A stretch of 64,000 nt of DNA, taken from a bacterium. Lineage in GTDB: Bacteria; UBA8248; JACPRG01; G963555815. Numbering within the stretch: position 1 is the first letter of the stretch; the number at the start of each line of letters is the position of its first letter. The stretch covers positions 2,048,001-2,112,000 of the forward strand of contig OZ244653.1 in assembly GCA_965218795.1 (NCBI GenBank), written 5' to 3'. Below are positions 19,652 to 29,127 of this stretch, in pieces. The notes beneath the pieces are model-generated. The model saw nothing but the letters and a program-made list of their open reading frames with translations. It was not told the DNA's origin and made no database searches. The position numbers and the translations under genes were made by a program.

Positions 19652-21016
19652 TCAAAAAATCTCGGACGGGCTCTTGACGTCGTCGGGGACGAACTGTTTG
19701 CGGCGCTCCAGGAGGGATATAGCGGCGGCCGTTCCCTGCTCGATGATCTCGTTTTCGTCGGCGTTGACGAGCGCTCCGTCCCGGACGACCCACTTGCCGT
19801 CGACCATGACGTGCTCCACGTCGCTCGGGACCGTGGCATAAACCAGATTGTGCGTCACATTGTAGAACTCGCCGCTCATCACGGGGACCATGTGCAATTT
19901 GTTCAGGTTGACCAGCGTAAGGTCGGCCTTTTTTCCCGCTTCCAGCGAGCCAATCTCGTCCCCCAGACCGAGCGCCCGCGCCCCGTCGATGGTGGCCATG
20001 CGCAAAACCCTCGGGGCTGGCAGCAGAGTCGGATCCATCCGGCGCTCTTTCTGAAGGAGCGAAGCAACCTTCATGTCGTCCCAGAGCTGAAGGCTGTTGT
20101 TCTCTTTCACGCCGTCACTGCCGATCCCGACGATGATCCCCTGCTGGTGCATCGCCACGATGGGCGCCACGCCTGATGCCAGCTTGAGGTTGGAGATCGG
20201 ACAATGCGCGACGCGGGTGCCCGTCTCGGCCACCAGAGCCATCTCCGGCCCGCTCAGCCAAACGCAGTGGGCCAGGATGGTCCGCTCTCCGAGCAGCCGC
20301 TTGTCGTACAGGATCTCGACTTCCCGCTTGCCCAGTCTTCGCTCGACCGTCTGCGCCATGCTCAGCGACTCGTCGGCGTGGATATGGATGCCGACCCCGT
20401 ATTGGTCCGCCCACTCCGTCGTCTGCTGGAAGGCCTTTTCGGTGGAGTAGGTGATGTGTTCGAGGCCGATCCAGACGCGCACGCGGCCGTCGGCGTAACC
20501 GTGGTGGCTTTCGATGAGCCGCCGGTTGTCCTCCATGCTTTCGAAGTATTCGTACCCCGGTCGGTCGGCGCAGTAGGGGGCCAGGTTCGCCCGGAGGCCG
20601 AGCCGCTCAGCGGCCTCCGCCGCACGGTGCATGTATCGGTACATGTCGAGGACGCAGGTGGCCCCGGCCTTCAGGTTCTCGGCGTAGGAGAGCATGCACG
20701 CGGCAGCGGCTTCCTCATCGTTCAGGGCCTTGTGCATGGGGTCGATGAATTTGTAGAGCCACTCGAAGACGGGCAGGTCCTCGGCGGTCCCGCGGATGAG
20801 GCCGGAGTGCATATGGAGGTTGACGAGACCGGGCATGACGGCGTGGGTGCTTGCGTCGATGACCTCGGCGTTCGGGTTCTCCTTTTGCAGTTCGTCGGCC
20901 GGTCCGACGGCCTGGATCCGATCGTCCTGTACGGCCACGGCGCCGTTTTCGATGACCCGGTCGTCTTCATCCACCGTCAGGACGAATCGGCCCTTGATCA
21001 GAGTTATATCCGCCAT
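19652..21016 (-). CDS. Amidohydrolase, MTA/SAH deaminase (MtaD/AtzA) family
   Basis: NLHMH, HIHADE, LAHCVW, HCPISNLKLASG, GSDG. Confidence 0.88.
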   Translation of the reverse strand: MADITLIKGRFVLTVDEDDRVIENGAVAVQDDRIQAVGPADELQKENPNAEVIDASTHAVMPGLVNLHMHSGLIRGTAEDLPVFEWLYKFIDPMHKALNDEEAAAACMLSYAENLKAGATCVLDMYRYMHRAAEAAERLGLRANLAPYCADRPGYEYFESMEDNRRLIESHHGYADGRVRVWIGLEHITYSTEKAFQQTTEWADQYGVGIHIHADESLSMAQTVERRLGKREVEILYDKRLLGERTILAHCVWLSGPEMALVAETGTRVAHCPISNLKLASGVAPIVAMHQQGIIVGIGSDGVKENNSLQLWDDMKVASLLQKERRMDPTLLPAPRVLRMATIDGARALGLGDEIGSLEAGKKADLTLVNLNKLHMVPVMSGEFYNVTHNLVYATVPSDVEHVMVDGKWVVRDGALVNADENEIIEQGTAAAISLLERRKQFVPDDVKSPSEIF

Positions 21017-21314
21017 GAGTCAACACTCCCCGTTCTGTACCGCGAATGGATTTCTATCGGCTCATCCGCCCGTGACCAGAATGCTCCCGCGCGACTCTTT
21101 TACAACATGCGGAGCTGATTGACCATGAATCCCACTAAAGTTCTCGCTTCAATCGAGAAGATAAACGAGGAGAAAGCCTTTTGAACGATTGGGAAAAACG
21201 TTGATGCTGGTTCCCGGAGAGGCGATCTGCTGTAGCGAGGGTTTTCAAGGTTTTGACTCTACATTCCGGTTGGCTTTCGTCTTATGCGCGGCATGCGCTC
21301 GCAACTTCGATCAC

Positions 21315-21352
21315 AAAAGAAAAGGGGCCAGCCTTGTGCATTGGCTAGCCCC
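21315..21352 (-). terminator. Terminator hairpin downstream of tRNA-Thr
   Basis: Minus strand GGGGCTAGCC-N9-GGCTGGCCCC-TTTTCTTTT. Confidence 0.7.
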
Positions 21353-21360
21353 GATTCCTC

Positions 21361-21435
<75 letters not shown>

Positions 21436-21524
21436 CTCAATCTTCCATCCCTTCAATTCGCGGGCCAAACGGCCGACCGATAATTTAGTGCCATCCCCCC
21501 GCCCGCGTCAACGACGGCCAGCCT

Positions 21525-21707
21525 GTGTCTCAATTTGAATCTCTCCCCCCGTCATTCCTGCGGAAGCAGGAATCCACAGGCGAGTCTCTGCATTCCAAGG
21601 ACGTGTATCCCCTCCCTGGATTCCCGCATTCGCGGGAATGACCAAAGGAGAGGCTTGCTCTGGTGGTGAGCATCCAGGACGTTCACGCTGAGTTCAAACT
21701 GAGACAC
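21525..21707. mobile_element. Candidate MITE: 15-bp terminal inverted repeats enclosing an inverted REP pair
   Basis: GTGTCTCAATTTGAA (21525-21539) and TTCAAACTGAGACAC (21693-21707), 14/15 inverted match; REP copies at 21551-21576 and 21617-21642. Confidence 0.55.
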
Positions 21708-21831
21708 TACCTCCGCCTGCCGCCCCGGCTCTTGCATCGCCGTTTTTGGTAGAATAGGTAAAGAAGAGCCGGGACTTTCGGGGCGCGGAAGTTTCAAAAT
21801 GCATTGATTGTAACGAATTCGAGGAAACCCG

Positions 21832-22914
21832 GTGCTGAAATCACCCATCGACGGCCTGCACGAGAAACTGGGCGCCGTCACCGACCCGCTCGATGACTGG
21901 GACGGATGGGACATCCCCGCACACTACGGAGACGTCCGGGCGGAATACGACGCGGCCCGAACCTCCGCGGTCCGGACCGATCGCTCCCACCGGACCCTGC
22001 TCCGCCTCGTCGGAGAGGACTCCCTGAGATTCCTCCAGAACATTCTGACGAACGACGTGGCCGCGCTTCAGCCCGGGGAGGGGACGTACGCCGCCCTGCT
22101 GATAGCGACAGGGAAGATGATCGCCGATTTCCGCGTGGCCGTGCTGTCCGATTCGATCCTCCTCGACACCGAAGCCGGCTGCCGGGGGACGGCCTTCCCC
22201 GAGCTCGACAAGTTCAACCTCGGCTACGACTGCGAGATGGAAGACATCTCGGACGATCTGGGCATGGTCACGCTGGCCGGTCCCCAATCACCTGATGCCG
22301 TCAGGGCGGTTTTGGGCGATGCGCCAAGCGGGGATTCGCTCTACGCCTCCATCGAGGCCGGGTGGAAGGGCGAGAAAGCCGTCGCCGCAGCGACGGACCG
22401 GCTGGGGGTCCCGGCCATCGACGTCATCGTCCCGATCAAAGCCCTGCCCTCTTTATGGGAGGCCTTCGGCTCCGTGCCGCCGGCGGGGTACGCCGCCCTC
22501 GACATCCTCCGGGTGGAAGCCGGGATTCCCAGGTTCGGTGACGACATGGACGACACCGTGAACCCCATGGAGGTAGGGCTGATAAACGCCCTCGATTTCG
22601 ACAAGGGGTGTTACGTCGGTCAGGAGGTCGTCGCAAAGATCGAATCGCTGGGACACGTCAACCGCAATTGGGTCGGCCTGAAGGTGGACGCCGACCTCCC
22701 CCCGGAACCCGGGGCGACGCTGTTCAAGGACGGGAAAAAGGTGGGGCACGTCACGAGCGCGGTACGGTCCCCCCGGCTGGGTACGTGCCTGGTCTTGGGA
22801 TACGTCCACCGGAAGGCTTCGACCCCGGGCACGTCCCTCGAGGCGGAGCTTCGCGAGGCCCGCCTTCCGGCGGTCGTCGTCGAGACGCCGTTCACCGGGA
22901 ATGCAGGGGCGTGA
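21832..22914 (+). CDS. ygfZ: YgfZ/GcvT-family folate-binding protein
   Basis: KGCYVGQE signature; FLQNILTNDV; RVEAGIP. Confidence 0.8.
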   Translation: MLKSPIDGLHEKLGAVTDPLDDWDGWDIPAHYGDVRAEYDAARTSAVRTDRSHRTLLRLVGEDSLRFLQNILTNDVAALQPGEGTYAALLIATGKMIADFRVAVLSDSILLDTEAGCRGTAFPELDKFNLGYDCEMEDISDDLGMVTLAGPQSPDAVRAVLGDAPSGDSLYASIEAGWKGEKAVAAATDRLGVPAIDVIVPIKALPSLWEAFGSVPPAGYAALDILRVEAGIPRFGDDMDDTVNPMEVGLINALDFDKGCYVGQEVVAKIESLGHVNRNWVGLKVDADLPPEPGATLFKDGKKVGHVTSAVRSPRLGTCLVLGYVHRKASTPGTSLEAELREARLPAVVVETPFTGNAGA

Positions 22915-23085
22915 TCGGAGAAGCGTCACTTGGAATGTAAATCGAGGTCGGGGTTGCCGACAACCCTTCCGGCAGGTCGCGAACGGTCGTCGGACGCTTC
23001 CGTTCAATTGCTTGACACCCGCCGGACGCCCAATATATATGGAGTCCAACGGGAAAGGGTTCTCGCTCCCAATGAGCGTATCGTT

Positions 23086-23161
23086 GGGCCGCTAGCTCAT
23101 CAGGTAGAGCACCTGCCTTTTAAGCAGGTGGTGCCAGGTTCGAGTCCTGGGCGGCTCACCA
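23086..23161 (+). tRNA. tRNA-Lys(TTT)
   Basis: GGGCCGCTAGCTCA..CCTGCCT-TTT-AAGCAGG..GGTTCGAGTCC..CACCA; TTGACA at 23012. Confidence 0.96.
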
Positions 23162-23202
23162 AAAGTTCGATTGATTCATTACCGGCCAAACCCATTTTTA
23201 CC

Positions 23203-23280
23203 GTCCCCATCGTCTAGCCTGGCCCAGGACACCGCCCTTTCACGGCGGCAACGGGGGTTCGAATCCCCCTGGGGACGCCA
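23203..23280 (+). tRNA. tRNA-Glu(TTC)
   Basis: GTCCCCATCGTCTAG..CCGCCCT-TTC-ACGGCGG..GGTTCGAATCC..GGGGACGCCA. Confidence 0.96.
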
Positions 23281-23490
23281 GTTCAATCAACCAGTTATAT
23301 GTCTACTATTTTCAGTCCGCTTCGATTCACAGACTTTGTACGGACAACCCGGTTCCGGGTCGCCCCCTTTCCGGCCCGTTTTTCGCTAAACGGCAAAGGC
23401 GGGCGGATAGGGAAGTCTGCCCCTGCGGCCCGGGGACGTTGGTCGTAGGGGCCGGCCCGTTCATTCAGGCGGGAGGGGAAGGACAGCCAC

Positions 23491-23725
23491 AGGCTGAAGG
23501 CCCTTCCAGCAGGCCCGGGACTTTGCGACGCAAATGCTAACTGAAGCAGAGAGCATCGAGTTACGCGATATCGGGCGTGGCAGGTACTTCCGACTGATCG
23601 CCGATGTTTGGGCTGAGGGACAGAACCTTGCAACCGCGCTGATCGAGATTGGCTTTGGACGCGCCTATGCGGGCGAGAAGCGTGGCGGGTGGTGCACCAC
23701 TTACACGGAACGAGAACTGCAATGA
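23491..23725 (+). pseudogene. Thermonuclease (SNase-like) C-terminal fragment
   Basis: QARDFATQMLTEAESIELRDIGRGRYFRLIADVWAEG..LIEIGFGRAYAGEKRGGWC; N-terminal half absent. Confidence 0.6.
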
Positions 23726-24806
23726 AGATTACCGACGATTCAGCCCTTTTCTCGACGCTCGTTTCCGACGCCAAGCGTGCTGACTCACCGCTCATTCGAA
23801 ACAACTACTGGATGACCTACAGGGTGCGAATCAGAGGTGAATTGGAAAAGAACGGACTCGTGAATCTGCGACAGAACCATAAGCTCCTGAAGGGTTTTGT
23901 GGTGAGTGGGATGCCTCAACCGACACCACCATCAACCGCTTGGAAAAGAGGGGTGTGGCGCGCCATCGAAACATTTCCCGGGATCAACGAAGGTGGTTGC
24001 CGAATATCGTCGACTCAATCGTGTGATCCATAATCGAGCGGTGTGCTACCGAACGACTGTTGCGGAAATTTGTTTCGACGACATTTGCAAGTGCTTCCCT
24101 AACTTCCGACCGATAGAAGGCACTGGGAACGGCGGCGCGGACGATCTGTTCGTTCGAGACGGTGTGAGATAAGCACAGAATGGGTGAGTATCTCGCACGG
24201 GCGGCGGACTTTTACAGTCACGTATCGCCGGCGGACGTAGAAACGTTCATTGAAGTAGGACCTGGGCTCGGCTTGAATACGCTGGCACATATCGCCCTGA
24301 ATCCGCACCTGCGTACGGTCGTGAATTGCGACCTCCCGGAAGTTCTCTATATCTCTACGCAATTTCTCAAATCCATCCCGTCCGTTTCGGTTGTTGATTA
24401 TCTTGAAATCAGAGAGAGGGAGTTTCAGCCGATTCCAAGTCCGAATCATACCACATGTGTGATTTACCAGATTCCCCCATGGAGCCTTTCGAACCTGAGT
24501 GGTACATTTGACTATTTTCTCAATTCATATTCTTTTCAAGAAATGGAGAGCGACATAGTCGAATCGTATATTTCCATAGTTCTCCCTTTATTGCGTAGAG
24601 GAGCGTACATTCAGAATGCGGTCCAGGGTCATGAACCGGGCGTGGGTGGCATGAAAGCTTACGTCACCAAGCCCTTCGTCAAGGGCTGTTTCACCCGAGA
24701 AGGATTCACCGAAAAGCCATTTGAACCTCTATATGGATCACGGTATTGGTCAGACGTGAAAAACCATTGCCTGCTCCTCGATGCTTGTCGGTCGTTGCGT
24801 TCATAG
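23722..24806 (+). pseudogene. Putative sugar O-methyltransferase, frameshifted
   Basis: Pieces in different frames: MKITDD..NNYW, ..GNGGADD.., IEVGPGLG..CDLPE..FLNSYSFQEME. Confidence 0.7.
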
Positions 24807-24835
24807 TCTGTTGCTCCTGGTTTGGAGTTGGCCCA

Positions 24836-25269
24836 CTATCGGTGCTGCCCAGGTGATGCCCGAAACGGTCCAGGCGTCGCTTTTGGGTTGCCATTCCCGC
24901 GCGCCCTTGGCGAGTGCGGCCGTCGCGTCGTGCTCGTCTTCCGCCGCGCCATCTCAGCCTCGGCCTTCACCCTCAAGACCGCCGCCTTTAGCGCCTTGAG
25001 GGTGGGCTTTAGCGGGGTGGGAGGGCTGTGCACGCGGCGTGGGCCTTCCGGTAAGTCTCGATCTTCTTCAGATATCCCTCCCCATCCGCCCAGGGCAGAT
25101 CGCCCTCGAACCGGCTCTCAGCATCGTAAAGGACGTGCCGGACGCCGCTGATGTACTCGCGGACAATCATCCCCGGGGCAGAGCATAACCTGGCTCGTCC
25201 TTGAGAAACTCATCCAGCGTGCATACGAAATCTTGGATGGTGATATGTCCATCCAGGTGGTCGAAACAT
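24836..25269 (-). pseudogene. Phage tail-fibre assembly/chaperone-like gene, multiply frameshifted
   Basis: AAGGAGG RBS right after the tail-fibre stop; segments DGHITIQDF..EPGYALP / MIVREYISG..PWADGEGYLKKI / PTLKALKAAVL in shifting frames. Confidence 0.5.
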
Positions 25270-25281
25270 AGCACCCCCTCC

Positions 25282-26034
25282 TTAAAGCTTGATCATGGTG
25301 TTCAGAAACACCGTGGGCTGCATGTTGTTGTGTGACCCACCTTCACCAGTCGATTGGGTTGTCCTATTGGGAGTAGTTCCTGCCTGGGTTCCGTAGGGAG
25401 AATCGCTGTCCAACCGAACCCTCCGAGAAAGGTTGTTAGGGGTATAGACGAACCTGTCCAGATATTCATGCGTATGAGCAGGAATCTCCGCCACGGTCAA
25501 GAGATGCCTCTCGGTCCCGATTGTGGCGCCAAGCGTCCGCCTGCTGAGCCCGCTGCCGTTTCCGGCTACGCCCAGGGCTCGGCCGATCACCTTGGTGAGC
25601 TGCAAGGGCTTATTCGCCGCCCAATCAACCGCGGCGGACGAGCCCCGGCCGCCCTGTACCGGGGCGTACGAGTCGGAGAGATTAGACCACAGGAGCGTGT
25701 ACAGGTCCTTTACGTCCGCGTTGGCCCGCGATGTGGCTCCCGAGCTCGTCGAGCCGATAGTGCCGTCATTCATGAGAAGCCACCCGGCGGGGGAGACGCT
25801 CGCCAGCGTCAATTTTACGTCGCCCGTGTGCCATGCGGTCGCGGTATCGGCTACCAAGACACCGCTGGCGAGCTTGTCCTCAGTCACGGCTCCATCGGCG
25901 ATGTGCGTGTGGTTGATGACCCGTTCGCCGATCTTCTCTCCGGTCACGGCGTTGGGTGCGATTTCCGATTCCGTGATGGCTTCGTTGGCGATATGCTTTG
26001 TCTCGACCGTCTGGTCGCCGATTGTGCCGGTCAC
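25282..26034 (-). CDS. Phage tail fibre/collar-domain protein (probably 5'-truncated)
   Basis: Short repeats IANEAITESEIAPNAVTGEKI..IADGAVTEDKLA; collar motif TGDVK..PAGWL; tip LTVAEIPAHTH..HNNMQP..MIKL. Confidence 0.8.
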   Translation of the reverse strand: MTGTIGDQTVETKHIANEAITESEIAPNAVTGEKIGERVINHTHIADGAVTEDKLASGVLVADTATAWHTGDVKLTLASVSPAGWLLMNDGTIGSTSSGATSRANADVKDLYTLLWSNLSDSYAPVQGGRGSSAAVDWAANKPLQLTKVIGRALGVAGNGSGLSRRTLGATIGTERHLLTVAEIPAHTHEYLDRFVYTPNNLSRRVRLDSDSPYGTQAGTTPNRTTQSTGEGGSHNNMQPTVFLNTMIKL

Positions 26035-26148
26035 GCTGAACGATACTTGATTGGACCTGGAATCACTCCTTTCAGGTCTTGAGGACGGGGCCGATCGGGC
26101 CGGTCGTGGAGGCGTCTTAACTTCATCCGTAGGAATATGGTATTATTA

Positions 26149-26178
26149 TTGCTAACTATCAAGCATGATAGCTAACAA
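26149..26178. promoter_or_regulatory. Candidate repressor operator in the divergent promoter region
   Basis: TTGCTAACTATCA-N4-TGATAGCTAACAA, 11/13 inverted match, in an AT-rich stretch upstream of the repressor. Confidence 0.5.
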
Positions 26179-26194
26179 TTGCGAGAAATATTTC

Positions 26195-26956
26195 ATGCCC
26201 GAGAAGAAGCGTCTTCCAAAACAGATTATTACAGCCCTTTGGGGGACCAATCGGAAGACAGCCAAAAGGCTAAGTGAGGCCCTTGGACGGGAGATCAAAG
26301 AGCAGTTGGTCAGCAAATGGGTCAACCATGGGATCCCTGAAGATACCGGGATCCCTGAAGATACCCTTTTTCGGATCCATGAGGGGTTCAAGAGGGAGAG
26401 TGGTCCAAGCAGCGCCTGCGCCCCGGAACCCGCAGCGCAATGGCGCGGCCGCCTTCCCCCCATGTCCAGGCTGGAGGTGTGGACGCACGAGGAATACAGG
26501 GAGCGGGTGAACGAGCTGGAGGGGCCGGAGTCCTACACGGCGATTCCGCTCATCTCAGACCCGATAGCGGCCGGGGCGGGAGCGGTCATCGACGCCGACA
26601 AGATAGAGGGCTTCGCCGTGATTTACAGTGATTGGGTGCCTGCGGGCCGGGTGACGGCCGTGCGCGTCACGGGGGAGTCCATGACGCCCACGCTGCCGGA
26701 AGGCTCGCTGATCGCCGTCCACCATGATCCCGCCTTCATAGAAGACGGTCGTCTTTACTGCCTGTACGACCGCGCGTCAGAGGGTGCGATCGTCAAGCGT
26801 ATTCGCTTGACGGATTACGCGGGGACCTACATCGTTGAATCCGACAACCCGGACGGCGCGAGGTTCCCGCCCATGGTGTGGCGCAGGGACGAACCCGAAG
26901 AGGTCCAGACGTTCCGGATGATCGGGAGGGTCATCTGGAGCTGGACGAGGTTCTGA
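26195..26956 (+). CDS. Phage CI/LexA-like repressor (HTH plus S24 peptidase)
   Basis: AAG cleavage site (PIAAGAG), VTGESMTPTL (Ser), IVKRI (Lys), ESDNP, IGRVIWSW; upstream ATG at 26165 is an alternative start. Confidence 0.88.
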   Translation: MPEKKRLPKQIITALWGTNRKTAKRLSEALGREIKEQLVSKWVNHGIPEDTGIPEDTLFRIHEGFKRESGPSSACAPEPAAQWRGRLPPMSRLEVWTHEEYRERVNELEGPESYTAIPLISDPIAAGAGAVIDADKIEGFAVIYSDWVPAGRVTAVRVTGESMTPTLPEGSLIAVHHDPAFIEDGRLYCLYDRASEGAIVKRIRLTDYAGTYIVESDNPDGARFPPMVWRRDEPEEVQTFRMIGRVIWSWTRF

Positions 26957-27247
26957 CCAAACGAGGCTTCAATGCATACCAAGAGGATAGCTCTTTTCCT
27001 CATTGTGAGCACAAAAAAACAAAAAGGGAGCAGATTATTTTTCGCGCAACGTATTCGCAAGCGGCTTTCAGGGCCTCGGCCGCTAAGTTACCTAGTTGTA
27101 AACGAAAAGTTCAAGCCCCAATGGAGCAAAAGAACGCTGAATAGTAACCTGCTATCCCTGCGTTGATGACCTCTGCATGATCGTGCTTTTTATTGGCTTT
27201 TTTTACTGGACTTTTCGGGCGCTGTATTTCGTCCGGTTTGCCGAAAG

Positions 27248-27293
27248 AAAAGGCCCTTGAAACGCCTATAAAAAGGCGTCGCAAGGGCCTTTT
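27248..27293 (+). terminator. Long hairpin downstream of the repressor
   Basis: AAAAGGCCCTTG-AA-ACGCCT-loop-AGGCGT-CG-CAAGGGCCTTTT. Confidence 0.6.
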
Positions 27294-27564
27294 TCGACCG
27301 TTGCACGGTCACAATCTACAATTATTTCTTTTGGATTTTCGGGTCTTTCCGGTGGGCCGTCCGGTATTTCTCAGCGGCGCGCTGACCGCCCATCCCGGCC
27401 CCAAGGCGGTTCAACCCCTCATGTCTTTAATTTGTCCCGGAAAAGGCGCTTGTTACGCGATTATTAGGCGTTTGAGGCAGGAAAGCGACGGTCGGATTCG
27501 GGCGAAGGATCAGGCGTTCACGAGCACATTGCCGAGCGGGATCTCGTCCCCTTCAACTCCCCTC

Positions 27565-27614
27565 TCCCACGGTATCCCACGGTATCCCACGGTAAAACAC
27601 GGCAAAACACGGTC
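27565..27614. repeat. Five tandem 10-bp units with a CACGG core near the element end
   Basis: TCCCACGGTA x3, AAACACGGCA, AAACACGGTC. Confidence 0.85.
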
Positions 27615-27792
27615 TCCCGGCCCCTACAGTTATTTCTGATCCTCCTCAACCTCGAATCCCGGTCCCATCTTTTGTTGGAGCAAAGCAGGGCAGGTTTTAC
27701 CCTCTGGAGACTCAAACCCCGTAACAGAAGATACTCCCATCGCCTCTTCACCTCAGACCGGGCCGGCCGCGCCTGCCCTTCCACAAGGGAAA

Positions 27793-28851
27793 TCAGGTCT
27801 CCATTCCCAATGCAATACGCTTCCGGATTTCGGCGGCGGACCGGATGCCCTCTTCGTCCATCCTCTCGAGAAGCTGACGGTTGACCCGCGCCGCGAGGCC
27901 CGGGCCCTGATAGACGAATGCCGTGAAGGCGAGCACCGAATCCGCGCCGGCCTCCAAAATTCGGAAGACGCTCGGGCCGTCGGAGGCGCCGCCAGACATG
28001 CGGATCGGGACCCCTTCCCCCAAAGCGGCCCGCAGCTCCCGGACGACCTCGAGAGTGGTCTCCAGACAGGGCGGACCCGACAGGGTGACCTGCCGTTTCG
28101 AAAGCCGGCGGTCCTCGACCCGGAGGATCCCCTCTGCGGTGATCCCGTCCAGTCCGGCCTCGACCGCCGCCCGCGCCATCTCCAGCCCCCGCCACTCGCT
28201 CTCTCCCGCCGAGCGGAAAGGCAGCTTGAGGAGGAGAGGTTTCGTGCGCTCGGCAACAGCCGTTTTCATCGCCTTGACGATGCCCTCCAGCCGGGCCAGG
28301 TCGCCTTCCATTCGGACGTTCGGGCAGGTCAGGTCCAGTTCGACGGCGTCGACGAACGGTTCCACCGACCGGAAGCAGCCCAGGACCTCATCGATGGTGA
28401 ACCCGCCTACATTCGCGATGACCGGAGGCCCCGCCGCCGGATGAGACGCGCGGTACCGGCGCAGGTTCCGCACGGCGTAATCCAGTCCCCTCGAGGGCAG
28501 GCCCAGGCAGTTGACCAAAGCGCCTTCCTGCGGCCGCCGGCCCAGGCGGGGCCTCGGGTTTCCGGCTCTTGGTTTCGGCATGATCGTGCCCACCGTGATG
28601 CTGCCGAAGCCGAGGCGGGCTAGGCCCGGCAGGGCGAGGGCGTCTTTGTCGAACCCGGCCGTCAGGCCGAAGGGGCTGGTCTGGCGAAGGCCCGCGACTT
28701 TGATTTCCAGCCGGGGATCGGTGACCCGGCGCCGTTCCGCCTGAGGACGCTAAAGAAATTCCATGGAAAGGGCCCGCTTGCCCAGATTATGCGCGGTCTC
28801 GGCCGGGAGGCAGAACATGGCGGGACGCAATACGCGCTCGTAAAAACCCAT
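27793..28851 (-). pseudogene. Dihydroorotate dehydrogenase-like gene (class 2-type N-terminus) with an in-frame TAG at codon 34
   Basis: MGFYERVLRPAMFCLPAETAH..FL*RP..GLTAGFDK..GTIMPKPRAGNPRPRL..TCPN..LSGPP; TAG at 28752-28750. Confidence 0.8.
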
Positions 28852-29127
28852 GACCTCGTCCTCATCTCGACGGCGGCGCTTGGGGGTCGAATCCCCCCGG
28901 GGAGGCCAGTTTTACCCTCCCGTCTCCATTCATGTAAACCACAAACAACGCTGGAAGCTCCCGCGGCCCTGGGGGATTCTCATTCATACTCCAGGGCCGC
29001 GGTGCTACAGTGGGTGAAATGGATCCCCGGCAAAGGGGATCATGAGTTGACCTCCCATGGGGAAGTTGTCGAGAATTGGGGAGTCCGTCCGCGAAACCGT
29101 TCATGAATCGAATGTGGAGGTGGAACC

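Larger units (their letters stand above)
23281..27628. mobile_element. Degraded prophage remnant (possibly Mu-like/transposable) adjacent to tRNA-Glu
   Basis: Tail fibre, tail-assembly pseudogene, CI-like S24 repressor, lower-GC cargo pseudogenes; right boundary has 10-bp repeats ending ..CCCCTACA. Confidence 0.7.

Noticed and set aside
27565-27614. CRISPR array
   Set aside because: Units are 10 bp and contiguous with no spacers; no cas genes or repeat-spacer arrays seen anywhere in the window
23203-27700. Integrase-mediated insertion at tRNA-Glu with attL/attR duplication
   Set aside because: No second copy of the tRNA 3' end and no integrase found in the island; adjacency alone is insufficient
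28750-28752. Genome-wide TAG recoding
   Set aside because: TAG terminates many intact genes here (purA, BMP, EndoQ-UvrD, RidA) at their expected ends
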